DNA from: an uncultured Pseudomonadota bacterium
GTDB lineage: Bacteria; Pseudomonadota; Gammaproteobacteria; Burkholderiales; SG8-39
Direction of reading: 5' to 3'
Assembly: GCA_903834835.1 (NCBI GenBank)
Contig: CAILKO010000035.1
Location: forward strand, 122,539-186,538
DNA: 64,000 nucleotides
The position numbers and the translations under genes were made by a program. Shown here in pieces: positions 1 to 11,418 of the stretch. How positions within the stretch are numbered: position 1 is the stretch's first letter; each line of letters begins with the position of its first letter. The notes under the pieces were generated by a model. The model saw only the letters and a program-made list of their open reading frames with translations. It did no database searches and was not told where the DNA came from.

Positions 1-752
1 TCGATTCGATCGATAAGGTTGGCCGCAGTGCCTGTCGCGATCAGCACCTGATCGGGGCGATCCCGTATTGCATGCTCCAGAAAAAGCTCGACCGATAGCG
101 CCCGCATCAGGATTACGCATCCGCCGGAGTAAAGCTGGCGCATGGTGTGATTCATCCAGATATTGGTGCCCAGTCCAAGCGCCAGCATGAGCCTGGGTAT
201 GGCCTTGTCTTCGCTGCGTGCACTCATCGAGCGGGTGTGGCCCTGCCTGTGCGTCTGCGGAATGCTCTTCGGGGTTCCCGTCGTTCCCGAAGAACGCCCG
301 ACAATCCAGTGCAGATCATCCGCATCGCTTGCGACCGGCGCGTGGCGCTCCCCGCCCCTGGTCGCGGGTGCGTACAAGTCCTTGCCGCCGAGATAGATAA
401 GATCCGGCTTCTTCGTGCTGCGCCAGGTTTCCGCAGCATCCTGGATCATCGCGCGCACACCGAGAAGATCGACCCACTCCTCTTTCCGTGACGCCGGATG
501 ACGCTTGTCGACAAGCGTACTGGTAGCGCCGAGGCGCGCCAGTGCGAGCACTGTCCCAAGCGTCAATAACGCGTTCTCGACGGAGATTCCCACGCAGAAA
601 CCCCGTTCGACGCCGGCGCGGTGCAGCCGTCCTGCAATCTTCTCCGCGAGCTTCCGCAGCTGCCCGTAGCTGACAGACTTGCCGTTCCAGACAACGGCGT
701 CCCTGTCTGGCCACGCGAAGGCATTCTGCCAAATTACGTCTGTGATATTCAT
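1..752 (-). CDS. AMP-binding (acyl-CoA synthetase/adenylate-forming) enzyme, 5' part, runs off the window edge
   Basis: Manual translation from ATG at 752: MNITDVIWQNAFAWPDRDAVVWNGKSVSYGQL...IVGRSSGTTGTPKSIPQTH, containing the SSGTTGxPK AMP-binding loop. Frame is open to base 1, so it is absent from the ORF track. Confidence 0.85.
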   Translation of the reverse strand, partial: MNITDVIWQNAFAWPDRDAVVWNGKSVSYGQLRKLAEKIAGRLHRAGVERGFCVGISVENALLTLGTVLALARLGATSTLVDKRHPASRKEEWVDLLGVRAMIQDAAETWRSTKKPDLIYLGGKDLYAPATRGGERHAPVASDADDLHWIVGRSSGTTGTPKSIPQTHRQGHTRSMSARSEDKAIPRLMLALGLGTNIWMNHTMRQLYSGGCVILMRALSVELFLEHAIRDRPDQVLIATGTAANLIDRI

Positions 753-920
753 CGTCGTGCCTGTAAAGAAGAGGGTTCACGGATTGGGCGCAGACGCTCG
801 GCCAGTCCGTACCACCCGCTAACTGCCCGAAAGCCAGCTGCGCCATTCTAAAGAAGATGTCGCACACGGCTGGCGTGTGGCAGGGAAGCCGCGGATGCGG
901 TATCCGAGATCTGCGCGAAT

Positions 921-996
<76 letters not shown>

Positions 997-1079
997 TTCT
1001 GAGACAGGACTACAGAAGAGGGGCGCATTATACGGCAGGTGAGACGCGACGAATTAGGCTGTTACCCGGCGTCGCGCAC

Positions 1080-1108
1080 AAAAAAACAGGGGCGCTCGCG
1101 CGCCCCTG
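1080..1108 (-). terminator. Rho-independent terminator of groESL
   Basis: CAGGGGCGC-GCGA-GCGCCCCTG hairpin followed by T7 on the minus strand, downstream of the groEL stop. Confidence 0.85.
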
Positions 1109-1164
1109 CCTGATATCCGAATCGCATAAGCCGGGCATCACGCCCGGCGTCCGTGATCCGCGAG

Positions 1165-2859
<1,695 letters not shown>

Positions 2860-3150
2860 TTACGACTCGATGACGCCCATGATGTCTTCTTCGCGCATCA
2901 CCAGCAGCTCGTCGCCATGGACCTTCACGGTCTGGCCCGAGTACTTGCCGAACAGCACGCGATCGCCGACCTTGACGTCCAGCGGAATCAGTTTCCCGTC
3001 GTCAGCCTTCTTGCCTTTGCCGACGGCAATCACTTCGCCTTGATCTGGCTTTTCCGCAGCGGTATCGGGAATCACAATGCCTCCCGCGGACTTGCGCTCT
3101 TCCTCAACGCGCTTGACGATGACACGGTCATGCAACGGACGGATTTTCAT
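2860..3150 (-). CDS. groES: Co-chaperonin GroES
   Basis: [10 protein letters not shown]...[15 protein letters not shown]; start trimmed to the ATG at 3150, which follows a GGAG SD. Confidence 0.98.
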   Translation of the reverse strand: MKIRPLHDRVIVKRVEEERKSAGGIVIPDTAAEKPDQGEVIAVGKGKKADDGKLIPLDVKVGDRVLFGKYSGQTVKVHGDELLVMREEDIMGVIES

Positions 3151-3236
3151 GCTCTCACTCCATGCCGAAAAAATTAAGATATTCAAAAGGTTGGGGACCC
3201 AACCCACGGGGGACGAGAACACCTCGCAGATAATTG

Positions 3237-3263
3237 CTGGCACTCATCCCTTGCGAGTGCTAA
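3237..3263. promoter_or_regulatory. CIRCE (HrcA operator) upstream of groES
   Basis: Minus strand TTAGCACTC-N9-GAGTGCCAG; two mismatches to TTAGCACTC-N9-GAGTGCTAA. Confidence 0.9.
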
Positions 3264-3264
3264 T

Positions 3265-3292
3265 AATAGCGGCATACCTGTCCTTGTTCAAG
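3265..3292 (-). promoter_or_regulatory. Sigma32-like promoter of groESL
   Basis: Minus strand CTTGAA-N14-CCGCTATT immediately upstream of the CIRCE; -35 matches consensus, -10 is imperfect. Confidence 0.55.
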
Positions 3293-3298
3293 GGCCCC

Positions 3299-4729
3299 TT
3301 GGAAAAAAAGTTCTTGGCACTGCTGATGCTGGCCGCGCTCGGGTCAAGCCCGGTCGCCGCACAGCTACCGCCCCCTGTCGCCGAGGCGCTCAGACGAGCC
3401 GGCGTTCCCGCAGACCAGGTCGCCTTGCAGGTTCAGGAAATCGGCGCGACGCGGCCATGGCTGCAGCAAAACCTTGATCGCCCGATGAACCCGGCTTCAG
3501 TTATGAAGTTGGTGACCACTTACGCGGCCCTTGAACAACTTGGACCGGCCTATCGTTGGCGCACCGAAGCCTACATCGATCGCCGGCCACAGCAGGGCTC
3601 CGTCCCGGCGCTCTATCTCAGGGGGTTCGGCGATCCCAAGCTGACCCTGGAGTCTTTCTGGTTGATGTTGCGAGAGCTGCGCGATCGCGGCATCAAGGAC
3701 ATCAAGGGCGACCTCGTCGTCGACCGGAGCCGATTCGACATCCCCACCCACGATTCAGGCGCCTTCGACGGCGATTCTTTCCGCGCCTATAACACCGGGC
3801 CTGACGCGTTACTCGTGAACTTCAAGGCGATCCGTTTCCAGATCTCCCCGGGCGCCGGCACCGGAGCGGACATCCGTGCCCTGCCAAGCCTGCGCACGCT
3901 CGACCTGATCAACACTGTCAGGGTGACGGAAGGATCATGCGGCAGCTGGCGCGAGGCGCTGATCACCGATTTCAAAGCGCTTACGGGCGCGATGCGCGCC
4001 GTATTCGCCGGCCCCTATCCGCGGAGCTGCGGTGAACAGACCTTGCAGGCGTCACTGTTCACGCCCAACGAGTACCTCGGCGGCGTTTTCAGGGTCCTTT
4101 GGGAGGAACTGGGCGGAAGCTGGAGCGGGTCCGTGCGCGACGGACCTGTCCCCGACGACGCCAGTCTCGTACTCAGTCATGAGTCGGCCTCCCTGGCTGA
4201 TGTCGTCCGCGACATCAACAAATTCTCGAACAACGTCATGGCACGCCAGCTGTACCTGACGCTCGCCTGGGGCGCTGGCGCAGGGCTCGCAACGACGCCC
4301 CCCGCGCGGCCCGAGGCCGCCTTCCAGGCCTTGCGCGCCACGCTGGCGCGGCGCGGGCTGGACATGCCCGAACTCGTGATCGAGAACGGATCGGGCCTGT
4401 CACGGATCGAGCGGATCAGCACCCGCAACCTGTCGCGACTGCTGCTCACTGCCTATGCCGGGCCAAACATGGCGGATTTCATGGCCTCGCTGCCATTACT
4501 CGCGGTCGATGGCACGATGCGCAGGCGTCTCAAGGAAAGCCCGGTGGCGGGCCGGGCACATATCAAGGGCGGTACCTTGTCCGACGCACGCGCAATCGCG
4601 GGCTACGTGCTCGATCGCAGCGGCGCACGGCACACCGTCGTGATGATGGTGAATCACCCCTCCGCCGGCAAGGCCCAGACCGCGCAGGACGCCCTGCTCG
4701 CGTGGGTCTACAACCGCGGGCAGGATTAG
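3299..4729 (+). CDS. dacB: D-Ala-D-Ala carboxypeptidase/endopeptidase PBP4 (peptidase S13)
   Basis: Signal peptide, PASVMK (SxxK), KFSNN (SxN), ENGSGLSR, HIKGGTL. Start uncertain (TTG at 3299 chosen). Confidence 0.92.
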   Translation: MEKKFLALLMLAALGSSPVAAQLPPPVAEALRRAGVPADQVALQVQEIGATRPWLQQNLDRPMNPASVMKLVTTYAALEQLGPAYRWRTEAYIDRRPQQGSVPALYLRGFGDPKLTLESFWLMLRELRDRGIKDIKGDLVVDRSRFDIPTHDSGAFDGDSFRAYNTGPDALLVNFKAIRFQISPGAGTGADIRALPSLRTLDLINTVRVTEGSCGSWREALITDFKALTGAMRAVFAGPYPRSCGEQTLQASLFTPNEYLGGVFRVLWEELGGSWSGSVRDGPVPDDASLVLSHESASLADVVRDINKFSNNVMARQLYLTLAWGAGAGLATTPPARPEAAFQALRATLARRGLDMPELVIENGSGLSRIERISTRNLSRLLLTAYAGPNMADFMASLPLLAVDGTMRRRLKESPVAGRAHIKGGTLSDARAIAGYVLDRSGARHTVVMMVNHPSAGKAQTAQDALLAWVYNRGQD

Positions 4730-4739
4730 CGGAGTCGGG

Positions 4740-6239
4740 CTAGAGCCCCAATTCGTCCCAGATCTCGTCGACGCGGCGACGCACCTTCGGGTCCATCGTG
4801 ATCGTCCGTCCCCATTGCCGCTGAGTCTCGCCCGGCCACTTGCCCGTAGCGTCTATGCCCATTTTCGATCCGAGCCCCGCGACCGGACTGGCGAAGTCAA
4901 GATAGTCAATCGGCGTGTTCTCCACGACCAGCGTATCCCGCGCCGGATCCGTGCGCGTAGTCAGCGCCCAGACGACCTCCTTCCAGTTGCGCACATCCAC
5001 ATCCTCGTCCACCACGATGATGAACTTCGTGTACATGAACTGGCGCAAGTAACTCCAGATCCCAAACATGACGCGCTTGGCGTGTCCGGGGTATTCCTTG
5101 CGTAGACTCACCACTGCCAGACGGTACGAGCAGCCCTCAGGAGGAAGGTAGAAGTCGACGATTTCGGGAAATTGCTTTGTTAGGAGCGGAACGAAAATTT
5201 CGTTCAGCGCCATACCAAGCACCGCAGGTTCGTCGGGCGGCTTTCCGGTATAGGTGCTGAGGTAGATCGGCGAACGACGCATGCTTATGCGGTCGATGGT
5301 GAGAACTGGAAAACGCTCTGTCTCGTTGTAGTAGCCCGTGTGGTCTCCGAAGGGACCTTCCATCGCGGTGTCGTCCGGGTGAATCGCGCCCTCCAGGACG
5401 ATTTCCGCGCTTGCCGGAACCTGCAGGGAATTGCCGATACAGCGCACGAGTTCGGTCCGCGCCCCGCGCAGAAGGCCCGCGAACTGGTATTCGCCCAGAC
5501 TGTCAGGGACCGGCGTGACGGCCGCAAGGAGCGTCGCGGGATCAGCCCCCAGCACCACGGATACCGGAAAGGGCTTGGCCGCGTTCGCCTGCATATGATC
5601 TCGATAGTCGAGCGCCCCGCCGCGATGGGCGAGCCAGCGCATGATGAGCCGGTTGCGACCGACCACCTGCTGCCGGTAGATGCCGAGGTTCTGGCGCGGC
5701 TTGCGCGGACCGCGGGTTACCGTGAGACCCCAAGTAATGAGCGGTGAAACATCCTCCGGCCAGCAGGTCTGAACCGGAAGCCGCCCGAGATCCACGTCGG
5801 AGCCTTCGAGCACGATCTCCTGGCAGGGGGCTGAGGACACTTCCTTCGGCGCCATGTCGAGCACCTTGGATATCAACTGGCGGAATTCCGGGAGCTTTCC
5901 GACGAGATCGCGAAAGCCTTTTGGCGGCTCCGGCTCACGCAACGCCGCCAGCAGGCGCCCGATATCGCGCAGGGCCTGCCTGTTGGCCTCAGGATCTGCC
6001 TCGTCCACCCCCATCGCGAGTGCGACGCGGCGCACGGTTCCGAAAAGGTTGGTAACAACGGGAGTTTCATACCCTGAAGGGTGCTCGAAGAGCAGGGCCG
6101 GCCCCCCCGCGCGGAGCACCCGATCGCCTATCTCCGTCATTTCCAGGCGCGGGGAGACAGGTAGTGCGATGCGCTTCAATTCGCCCATGCGCTCCAGGTG
6201 CGCGATGAATTCCCTCAGATCTTTGTAGCGCATCGTCAT
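4740..6239 (-). CDS. ubiD: 3-octaprenyl-4-hydroxybenzoate decarboxylase
   Basis: [38 protein letters not shown]. Confidence 0.97.
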   Translation of the reverse strand: MTMRYKDLREFIAHLERMGELKRIALPVSPRLEMTEIGDRVLRAGGPALLFEHPSGYETPVVTNLFGTVRRVALAMGVDEADPEANRQALRDIGRLLAALREPEPPKGFRDLVGKLPEFRQLISKVLDMAPKEVSSAPCQEIVLEGSDVDLGRLPVQTCWPEDVSPLITWGLTVTRGPRKPRQNLGIYRQQVVGRNRLIMRWLAHRGGALDYRDHMQANAAKPFPVSVVLGADPATLLAAVTPVPDSLGEYQFAGLLRGARTELVRCIGNSLQVPASAEIVLEGAIHPDDTAMEGPFGDHTGYYNETERFPVLTIDRISMRRSPIYLSTYTGKPPDEPAVLGMALNEIFVPLLTKQFPEIVDFYLPPEGCSYRLAVVSLRKEYPGHAKRVMFGIWSYLRQFMYTKFIIVVDEDVDVRNWKEVVWALTTRTDPARDTLVVENTPIDYLDFASPVAGLGSKMGIDATGKWPGETQRQWGRTITMDPKVRRRVDEIWDELGL

Positions 6240-6248
6240 CGTGTCCCG

Positions 6249-7151
6249 TCAACCAGCGTAAGTGAGAAATGCCCGCAGGTTCGGTTGCGCATAGGCGAGC
6301 ACCACGCCCGCGAACACTGCGAAGCCCACCCACCCATTGTGCCGAAATGCCCGGAAGGCGCGATCAGGGTCGCGTCCTCGGATCAGCCGGTAGTGGTACA
6401 CGACGATCAGACCGGCAATTCCCAGCCCCGTAAAGTACGGCCAGGCCAGGCGCATCGACCATCCCAGCGTGCCGAGTATCACGAGCATTGCCGCGTAGCA
6501 CGACATGATCGCTGCCACGTCGAAGCTTCCAAAAAGGATGGCCGAACTGCGCACGCCGATGCGAATGTCGTCCTCGCGATCGACCATTGCGTATTCCGTG
6601 TCGTAAGCGACGATCCAGAAGAACGTGGCCGCCATGAGCCAGAAGCATTCGACAGGCAATCGCGCCTTGACCGCCGCATAGGCCATCGGCACCCCGAACG
6701 AGAAGGCGACACCCAGCACCGCCTGTGGCATCGCAAAAAAACGCTTCGCGTATGGGTAGGCCGCGGCCACCGCCAGACCTGCAAACGAAAGCATGATGGC
6801 GTAGGCATTCAGAAACAGGACCATGCAAAAAGCCGCTGCCGCTAGTCCGCCTGCAACGACGAGTGCCTCTCGCGGTGTGATCTCGCCGGTCGCGAGAGGC
6901 CGTCCACGGGTCCGCGCAACGTGCGGGTCGATGTCGCGGTCGGCGTAGTCGTTCATCGCGCAACCCGCCGATCGCATCACTACCGTACCCGCAAAAAAAA
7001 TCAGCAGGTGATCCAGGCGCGGCCAGCCCCCTGAGGCCAGCCAGAGTGCCCAGAAAGTAGGCCAAAGGAGCAGTAGCGTGCCGGTCGGTTTGTCGAGCCG
7101 CACGAGGCGCTCATAGGCATTCAGCCGGTTCTTGATGACATCAAAATTCAC
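6249..7151 (-). CDS. ubiA: 4-hydroxybenzoate polyprenyltransferase
   Basis: RLDKPTGTLLLLWP, NDYADRDID, YDTEYAMVDREDD. Confidence 0.96.
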   Translation of the reverse strand: MNFDVIKNRLNAYERLVRLDKPTGTLLLLWPTFWALWLASGGWPRLDHLLIFFAGTVVMRSAGCAMNDYADRDIDPHVARTRGRPLATGEITPREALVVAGGLAAAAFCMVLFLNAYAIMLSFAGLAVAAAYPYAKRFFAMPQAVLGVAFSFGVPMAYAAVKARLPVECFWLMAATFFWIVAYDTEYAMVDREDDIRIGVRSSAILFGSFDVAAIMSCYAAMLVILGTLGWSMRLAWPYFTGLGIAGLIVVYHYRLIRGRDPDRAFRAFRHNGWVGFAVFAGVVLAYAQPNLRAFLTYAG

Positions 7152-7193
7152 TCAGGCCCTCTTTCATATACGGGAAACCCGGGCACGGGCGCG

Positions 7194-9281
7194 TCAGGCG
7201 TTCGCAAAATCCCTGCGCCCGCCAAGCCAACGATCCACATGTCGCCGTGCGCATTCGAGGTCGTGCTCAAGCAATTCGGTGGCGGTCGCGCGAGCAAGCT
7301 CGAGCAGGTCCTGATCCAGCTCGAGATCGGCGAAGCGCAGTAATGGCGCGCCACTCTGTCGCTCGCCAAGCACTTCGCCCGGACCTCGCAACTGCAGATC
7401 GAGCCGTGCGATATCGAAACCGTCCGAATTTTCGTAAATTATCTTCAATCGCGCTCGGCCATTTTCCGAGAGCGGTGACGCATACAAAAGGATACAACTG
7501 CTGTCGCGAAGCCCGCGACCGACGCGTCCCCGAAGCTGATGCAACTGGGAAAGCCCGAAGCGCTCCGCGTGTTCGATCACAATCAGCGACGCATTGGGCA
7601 CGTCAACGCCGACCTCGATCACCGTGGTCGCTACCAGCACATGTATCTCTCCTGCCGCAAATGCTCTCATGACCGCAGCTTTCTCCGCTCCCGGCAGGCG
7701 ACCGTGGAGCAGACCAATTCGCAGTTCGCGAAGCTCCACTTCCAGCGCGCGATGTGTATCGATCGCCGTCTGGAGCTCCCCCTCTCTGGACTCTTCGATC
7801 ACCGGGCAGACCCAGTAGGCCTGCTCTCCATCCGCGCAAGCCGCCCTGATGCGGGAAAGTACTTCGCCGCGGCGCGAATCAGCCACCAACCGGGTCTTCA
7901 CGGGCTTGCGCCCAGGCGGCAATTCATCGATCACACTTACATCCAGATCAGCGTAGTAACTCATAGCCAGGGTTCGCGGTATGGGCGTAGCACTCATCAT
8001 CAGCTGATGCGGCTGAAGTTGACCCACGGAAGATTGCTCGGCCTTGCGTTTCAGCGTCAACCGCTGCTCGACGCCAAAGCGGTGCTGTTCGTCCACCACA
8101 GCCAGGGCCAGTCGATTGAACTCGACACCACGCTGAAAAAGCGCATGGGTTCCAATCGCGATCGCCCCCTCGCCACTCGCAATTGCCGCAAGCGCTGCGC
8201 GCTTTTCCCGCGCACCCAGACCGCCATGCAGCCATACGAGCCGAACGCCCATTGGAGCCAGCCAATCCGTAAATTTTCCGAGATGCTGCTCAGCGAGAAT
8301 CTCCGTCGGAGCCATCACGACCGCCTGGAATCCGGCATCCACGGCAGCAAGGCATGCAATCGCAGCGAGAATCGTCTTGCCACTGCCGACGTCACCCTGG
8401 AGCAGTCGCTGCATCGGATGCGGGCGCGCGATATCCGACTGAATCTCGGCGAGTGCGCGACGCTGTGCTCCGGTCAACGCAAAGGGCAAGCGCTCCATGA
8501 AGCCGCGTGTCAGTAGTCCGCCAGACCCAAGGTCCGGCGCCGGCCTCTGACGTCTGGTGTCATAGGCAATGCGCATCGAGAGCTGCTGTGCGAGCAACTC
8601 GTCAAACTTGATCCGGCGCCATGCCGGGTGGGTCCGATCGACGAGAGATCGTATGTCAATCCCAGGGGGTGGTTGGTGCAGCAGTCTGATGCTTTCGGCA
8701 TAGTCTGTCAGGCCAAGTCGACGCAGGTGCATCGGTGACAGCGTATCGTCCATGGGAATCGAGTCGAGCGCAGACAAGATCCGCTTGCGAAGCCCGGCCT
8801 GACTCAGCCCCGATGTGCTTGAATAGACCGGGGTGAGCGTCTTGGGGAGAGGCTCGCCTTCTTTCACCAAACGATAGCGCGGGTGTGCCATCTCGGCCCC
8901 GAACCAGCCAGTACGCACTTCACCGTAGGCGCGAAGCATGGCCTGCTCGTCAGCCGCGCGCTGGAACTGCTTCAACTGACTTGGATAGAAGCTGAAGAAG
9001 CGCAACGCAAGCGGATGACCGTCCGACCGGGTATGCACAATCAGCTGCCTGCGCGGCCGGTACGCCACCTCGAACCGTTCCACGCAGGCCTCAACCAGCA
9101 CTTCGTGGCCGACCGGTGCGGCGGTCACCGGAGTCAGCGAAGTTTCATCCTCATATCTCAGTGGCAAATGCAGGACAAAATCCTCGTCTGTCTTCAGGCC
9201 GAGTTTGGAATGGAGGGCGGCATCTCGCGTCGCTGCAGTCCGACCGGAATTGCGGTTAGTACTCCCTCGGCGCACGTTCAT
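7194..9281 (-). CDS. recG: ATP-dependent DNA helicase RecG
   Basis: LPLRYED, LQGDVGSGKT, DEQHRFGV, SATPIPRTL, QLRGRVGRG; start approximate. Confidence 0.97.
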   Translation of the reverse strand: MNVRRGSTNRNSGRTAATRDAALHSKLGLKTDEDFVLHLPLRYEDETSLTPVTAAPVGHEVLVEACVERFEVAYRPRRQLIVHTRSDGHPLALRFFSFYPSQLKQFQRAADEQAMLRAYGEVRTGWFGAEMAHPRYRLVKEGEPLPKTLTPVYSSTSGLSQAGLRKRILSALDSIPMDDTLSPMHLRRLGLTDYAESIRLLHQPPPGIDIRSLVDRTHPAWRRIKFDELLAQQLSMRIAYDTRRQRPAPDLGSGGLLTRGFMERLPFALTGAQRRALAEIQSDIARPHPMQRLLQGDVGSGKTILAAIACLAAVDAGFQAVVMAPTEILAEQHLGKFTDWLAPMGVRLVWLHGGLGAREKRAALAAIASGEGAIAIGTHALFQRGVEFNRLALAVVDEQHRFGVEQRLTLKRKAEQSSVGQLQPHQLMMSATPIPRTLAMSYYADLDVSVIDELPPGRKPVKTRLVADSRRGEVLSRIRAACADGEQAYWVCPVIEESREGELQTAIDTHRALEVELRELRIGLLHGRLPGAEKAAVMRAFAAGEIHVLVATTVIEVGVDVPNASLIVIEHAERFGLSQLHQLRGRVGRGLRDSSCILLYASPLSENGRARLKIIYENSDGFDIARLDLQLRGPGEVLGERQSGAPLLRFADLELDQDLLELARATATELLEHDLECARRHVDRWLGGRRDFANA

Positions 9282-9463
9282 GGCAGATACAATTCGATGC
9301 ATGGCATCCAGAAACGCGACTGGCGAGCCGCCGAATGCGGCGACCGGAACGGGATGTCCAACGCGCGATACCCGCCATGACTTACATGTGGCATAGAGAT
9401 CTATCTTAGCCCGCCTCCGGACTGCACCTGCCGCTTCGACCTTTCTGCGAGATCCTTCCTCCG

Positions 9464-9817
9464 ATGCACGGGCCGAACATTGAATCCCTGAGCAAACTGC
9501 TCGGAACCGCACGCGACGGCGCACTGCTGCGTTTCACACTCGGACTTGCCCACGCGGAGCTAGGCAACACCGAACAGGCGCTATCCTTCCTGTACGAGGC
9601 CATCACACGGGATCCGGCGTATTCTGCGGCATGGAAGGCGCTGGGCAAGTGCCTTCAATCTGCCGGGCGGACGGACGACGCGCGTAGCGCATTCGAACGT
9701 GGCATCGAAGCCGCGCGCCTCCGTGGAGACAAGCAGTCGGAAAAGGAAATGACCGTTTTCGCGAAACGACTGGGAGTCCCATCATCCCCTTCCGAGAATC
9801 AGGCGGGGAAGGGCTGA
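9464..9817 (+). CDS. Small tetratricopeptide-repeat protein
   Basis: LLRFTLGLAHAELG...DPAYSAAWKALGKCL TPR pattern, 117 aa. Confidence 0.8.
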   Translation: MHGPNIESLSKLLGTARDGALLRFTLGLAHAELGNTEQALSFLYEAITRDPAYSAAWKALGKCLQSAGRTDDARSAFERGIEAARLRGDKQSEKEMTVFAKRLGVPSSPSENQAGKG

Positions 9818-9934
9818 ATCGCTTTCTGTTACTTTGCCGCATGGCGTCACGTTAGACGATCGACCACCTTTCCAGATCAATCTCGCACCTTAGGCAAGGG
9901 TGCAGACGACTGGGTTGCAGCCTTGACTCCTGTT

Positions 9935-11056
9935 TTAGGTGAGCGCCCTGAGTGGATGCGCGTGGGCAGGCCAGGGGCTGCGGAAGAATGCCTCGACCAT
10001 CTCCGGTTGTACATCCTCGATCCGTGCGGGGTTCCAGCTCGGTGTGCGGTCCTTCTCCACGGCCAGCGCGCGAATGCCCTCTACGATATCCGTCGCGACA
10101 CCGGTCCGCGCGAGGTGCGCGGGGTGAAAGGTGTGGCGCACAAGATCGCGTTCCATACGCAGATCATCGGCTATTCCCATCATCCGACCACGTCGCACCT
10201 GCTCAAGCGCCACATGCAGCATCAGGGGGCTGCGTTGGCGCAATGCAGCAGCGGTATCGCGTGCCCACTCGTCATCCGCCGCCGCATTCTCCAGCGCCTG
10301 CACGATGTCACGCACCGTCGGCAATCCGAAGAACCGGTCGATGTACCCGCGCGGCGCAATCGGTACCCCGCCACCCGCCTGCAATCGCGCACCGATACCA
10401 GCGCGTACCATTTCCAGGGTCGGCGACGGCAGCGATCCCAACATCTCCCAGACTTCATGTTGGTACATGGAGGCCAGTGTCCCGTCGGCCAAACCTGCCT
10501 CCACCGCCTGAGCACCGACCAACGTCCGGCCGGCGAGCGCAAGATACTCACCTATGCGACCCGGGCACCGACCCAGAAAATACCCCCCACCGACATCCGG
10601 AAACAGGCCGATATTGGTCTCCGGCATGGCCATCCTGCATCGCTCGGTAGCAATGCGCAGACCCGCTCCCTGGGCAACTCCCATTCCACCGCCCATGACA
10701 ATGCCGTCCATGAATGCCACGACGGGCTTCGGGTAGCAATGCAAGAGATAGTTGAGTGTGTACTCCTCGGTGAAGAAATCTTCCAGCTCCGGGTTACCCG
10801 CCAACACCGCCTGATGGAAAAACCGGATGTCGCCGCCCGCACAGAATGCGCCGAAGGGTTGGTCCGTACCGCTCGCCGCATCGCGATGCATCCCGCGGAT
10901 CGCCACCAGGCACACGGCCGGGTTGTCCCGCCAGGCAAGAAGGGTCGCAGTCAGCGCACGGATCATCGGCAACGAAAGGGCATTTAGGGAACGTGCACGG
11001 TCGAGCGTCAAGAAGCCCGCGTTTCCCCGGGTCTCGGATTGAATGTGATCGGTCAT
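9935..11056 (-). CDS. 3-hydroxyisobutyryl-CoA hydrolase-like enoyl-CoA hydratase/isomerase
   Basis: AFCAGGDI, DGIVMGGGMG, MPETNIGLFPDVG, EGIRALAVEKDRTPSW. Confidence 0.9.
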   Translation of the reverse strand: MTDHIQSETRGNAGFLTLDRARSLNALSLPMIRALTATLLAWRDNPAVCLVAIRGMHRDAASGTDQPFGAFCAGGDIRFFHQAVLAGNPELEDFFTEEYTLNYLLHCYPKPVVAFMDGIVMGGGMGVAQGAGLRIATERCRMAMPETNIGLFPDVGGGYFLGRCPGRIGEYLALAGRTLVGAQAVEAGLADGTLASMYQHEVWEMLGSLPSPTLEMVRAGIGARLQAGGGVPIAPRGYIDRFFGLPTVRDIVQALENAAADDEWARDTAAALRQRSPLMLHVALEQVRRGRMMGIADDLRMERDLVRHTFHPAHLARTGVATDIVEGIRALAVEKDRTPSWNPARIEDVQPEMVEAFFRSPWPAHAHPLRALT

Positions 11057-11166
11057 GAGCAGAGTGAAAGGGGTGGAAAGGAGGCCTTAGGCGACGCGGG
11101 CGCTCGCCAGTGCGCACACGGAAACAGAAGCCGGCTCGCGCCAGGACACGCGCGTGAGCCTGGCGC

Positions 11167-11203
11167 AAAAGGAAAAGCCAACCCCCGGACGCGAGTTGGC
11201 TTT
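11167..11203 (-). terminator. Terminator after tRNA-Ala
   Basis: AAAGCCAAC...GTTGGCTTT hairpin followed by TCCTTTT on the minus strand. Confidence 0.7.
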
Positions 11204-11208
11204 GAAAA

Positions 11209-11284
<76 letters not shown>

Positions 11285-11418
11285 GAGCAGGGTGCGCATG
11301 TTACCGGATTTCCGTTCGAGTTCCTATGCCCTACGCAACACTTGACCCGCCCTTGGTCCGCCGGATTTGCCCCGCACTTGTCAGCGCCGTTAACATGACT
11401 GTCGCTACCGGAGGCCCC

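Noticed and set aside
3238..3254. Sigma54-like TGGCAC...TTGC
   Set aside because: Spacing is 7 nt rather than 5, and the sequence is explained by the CIRCE.
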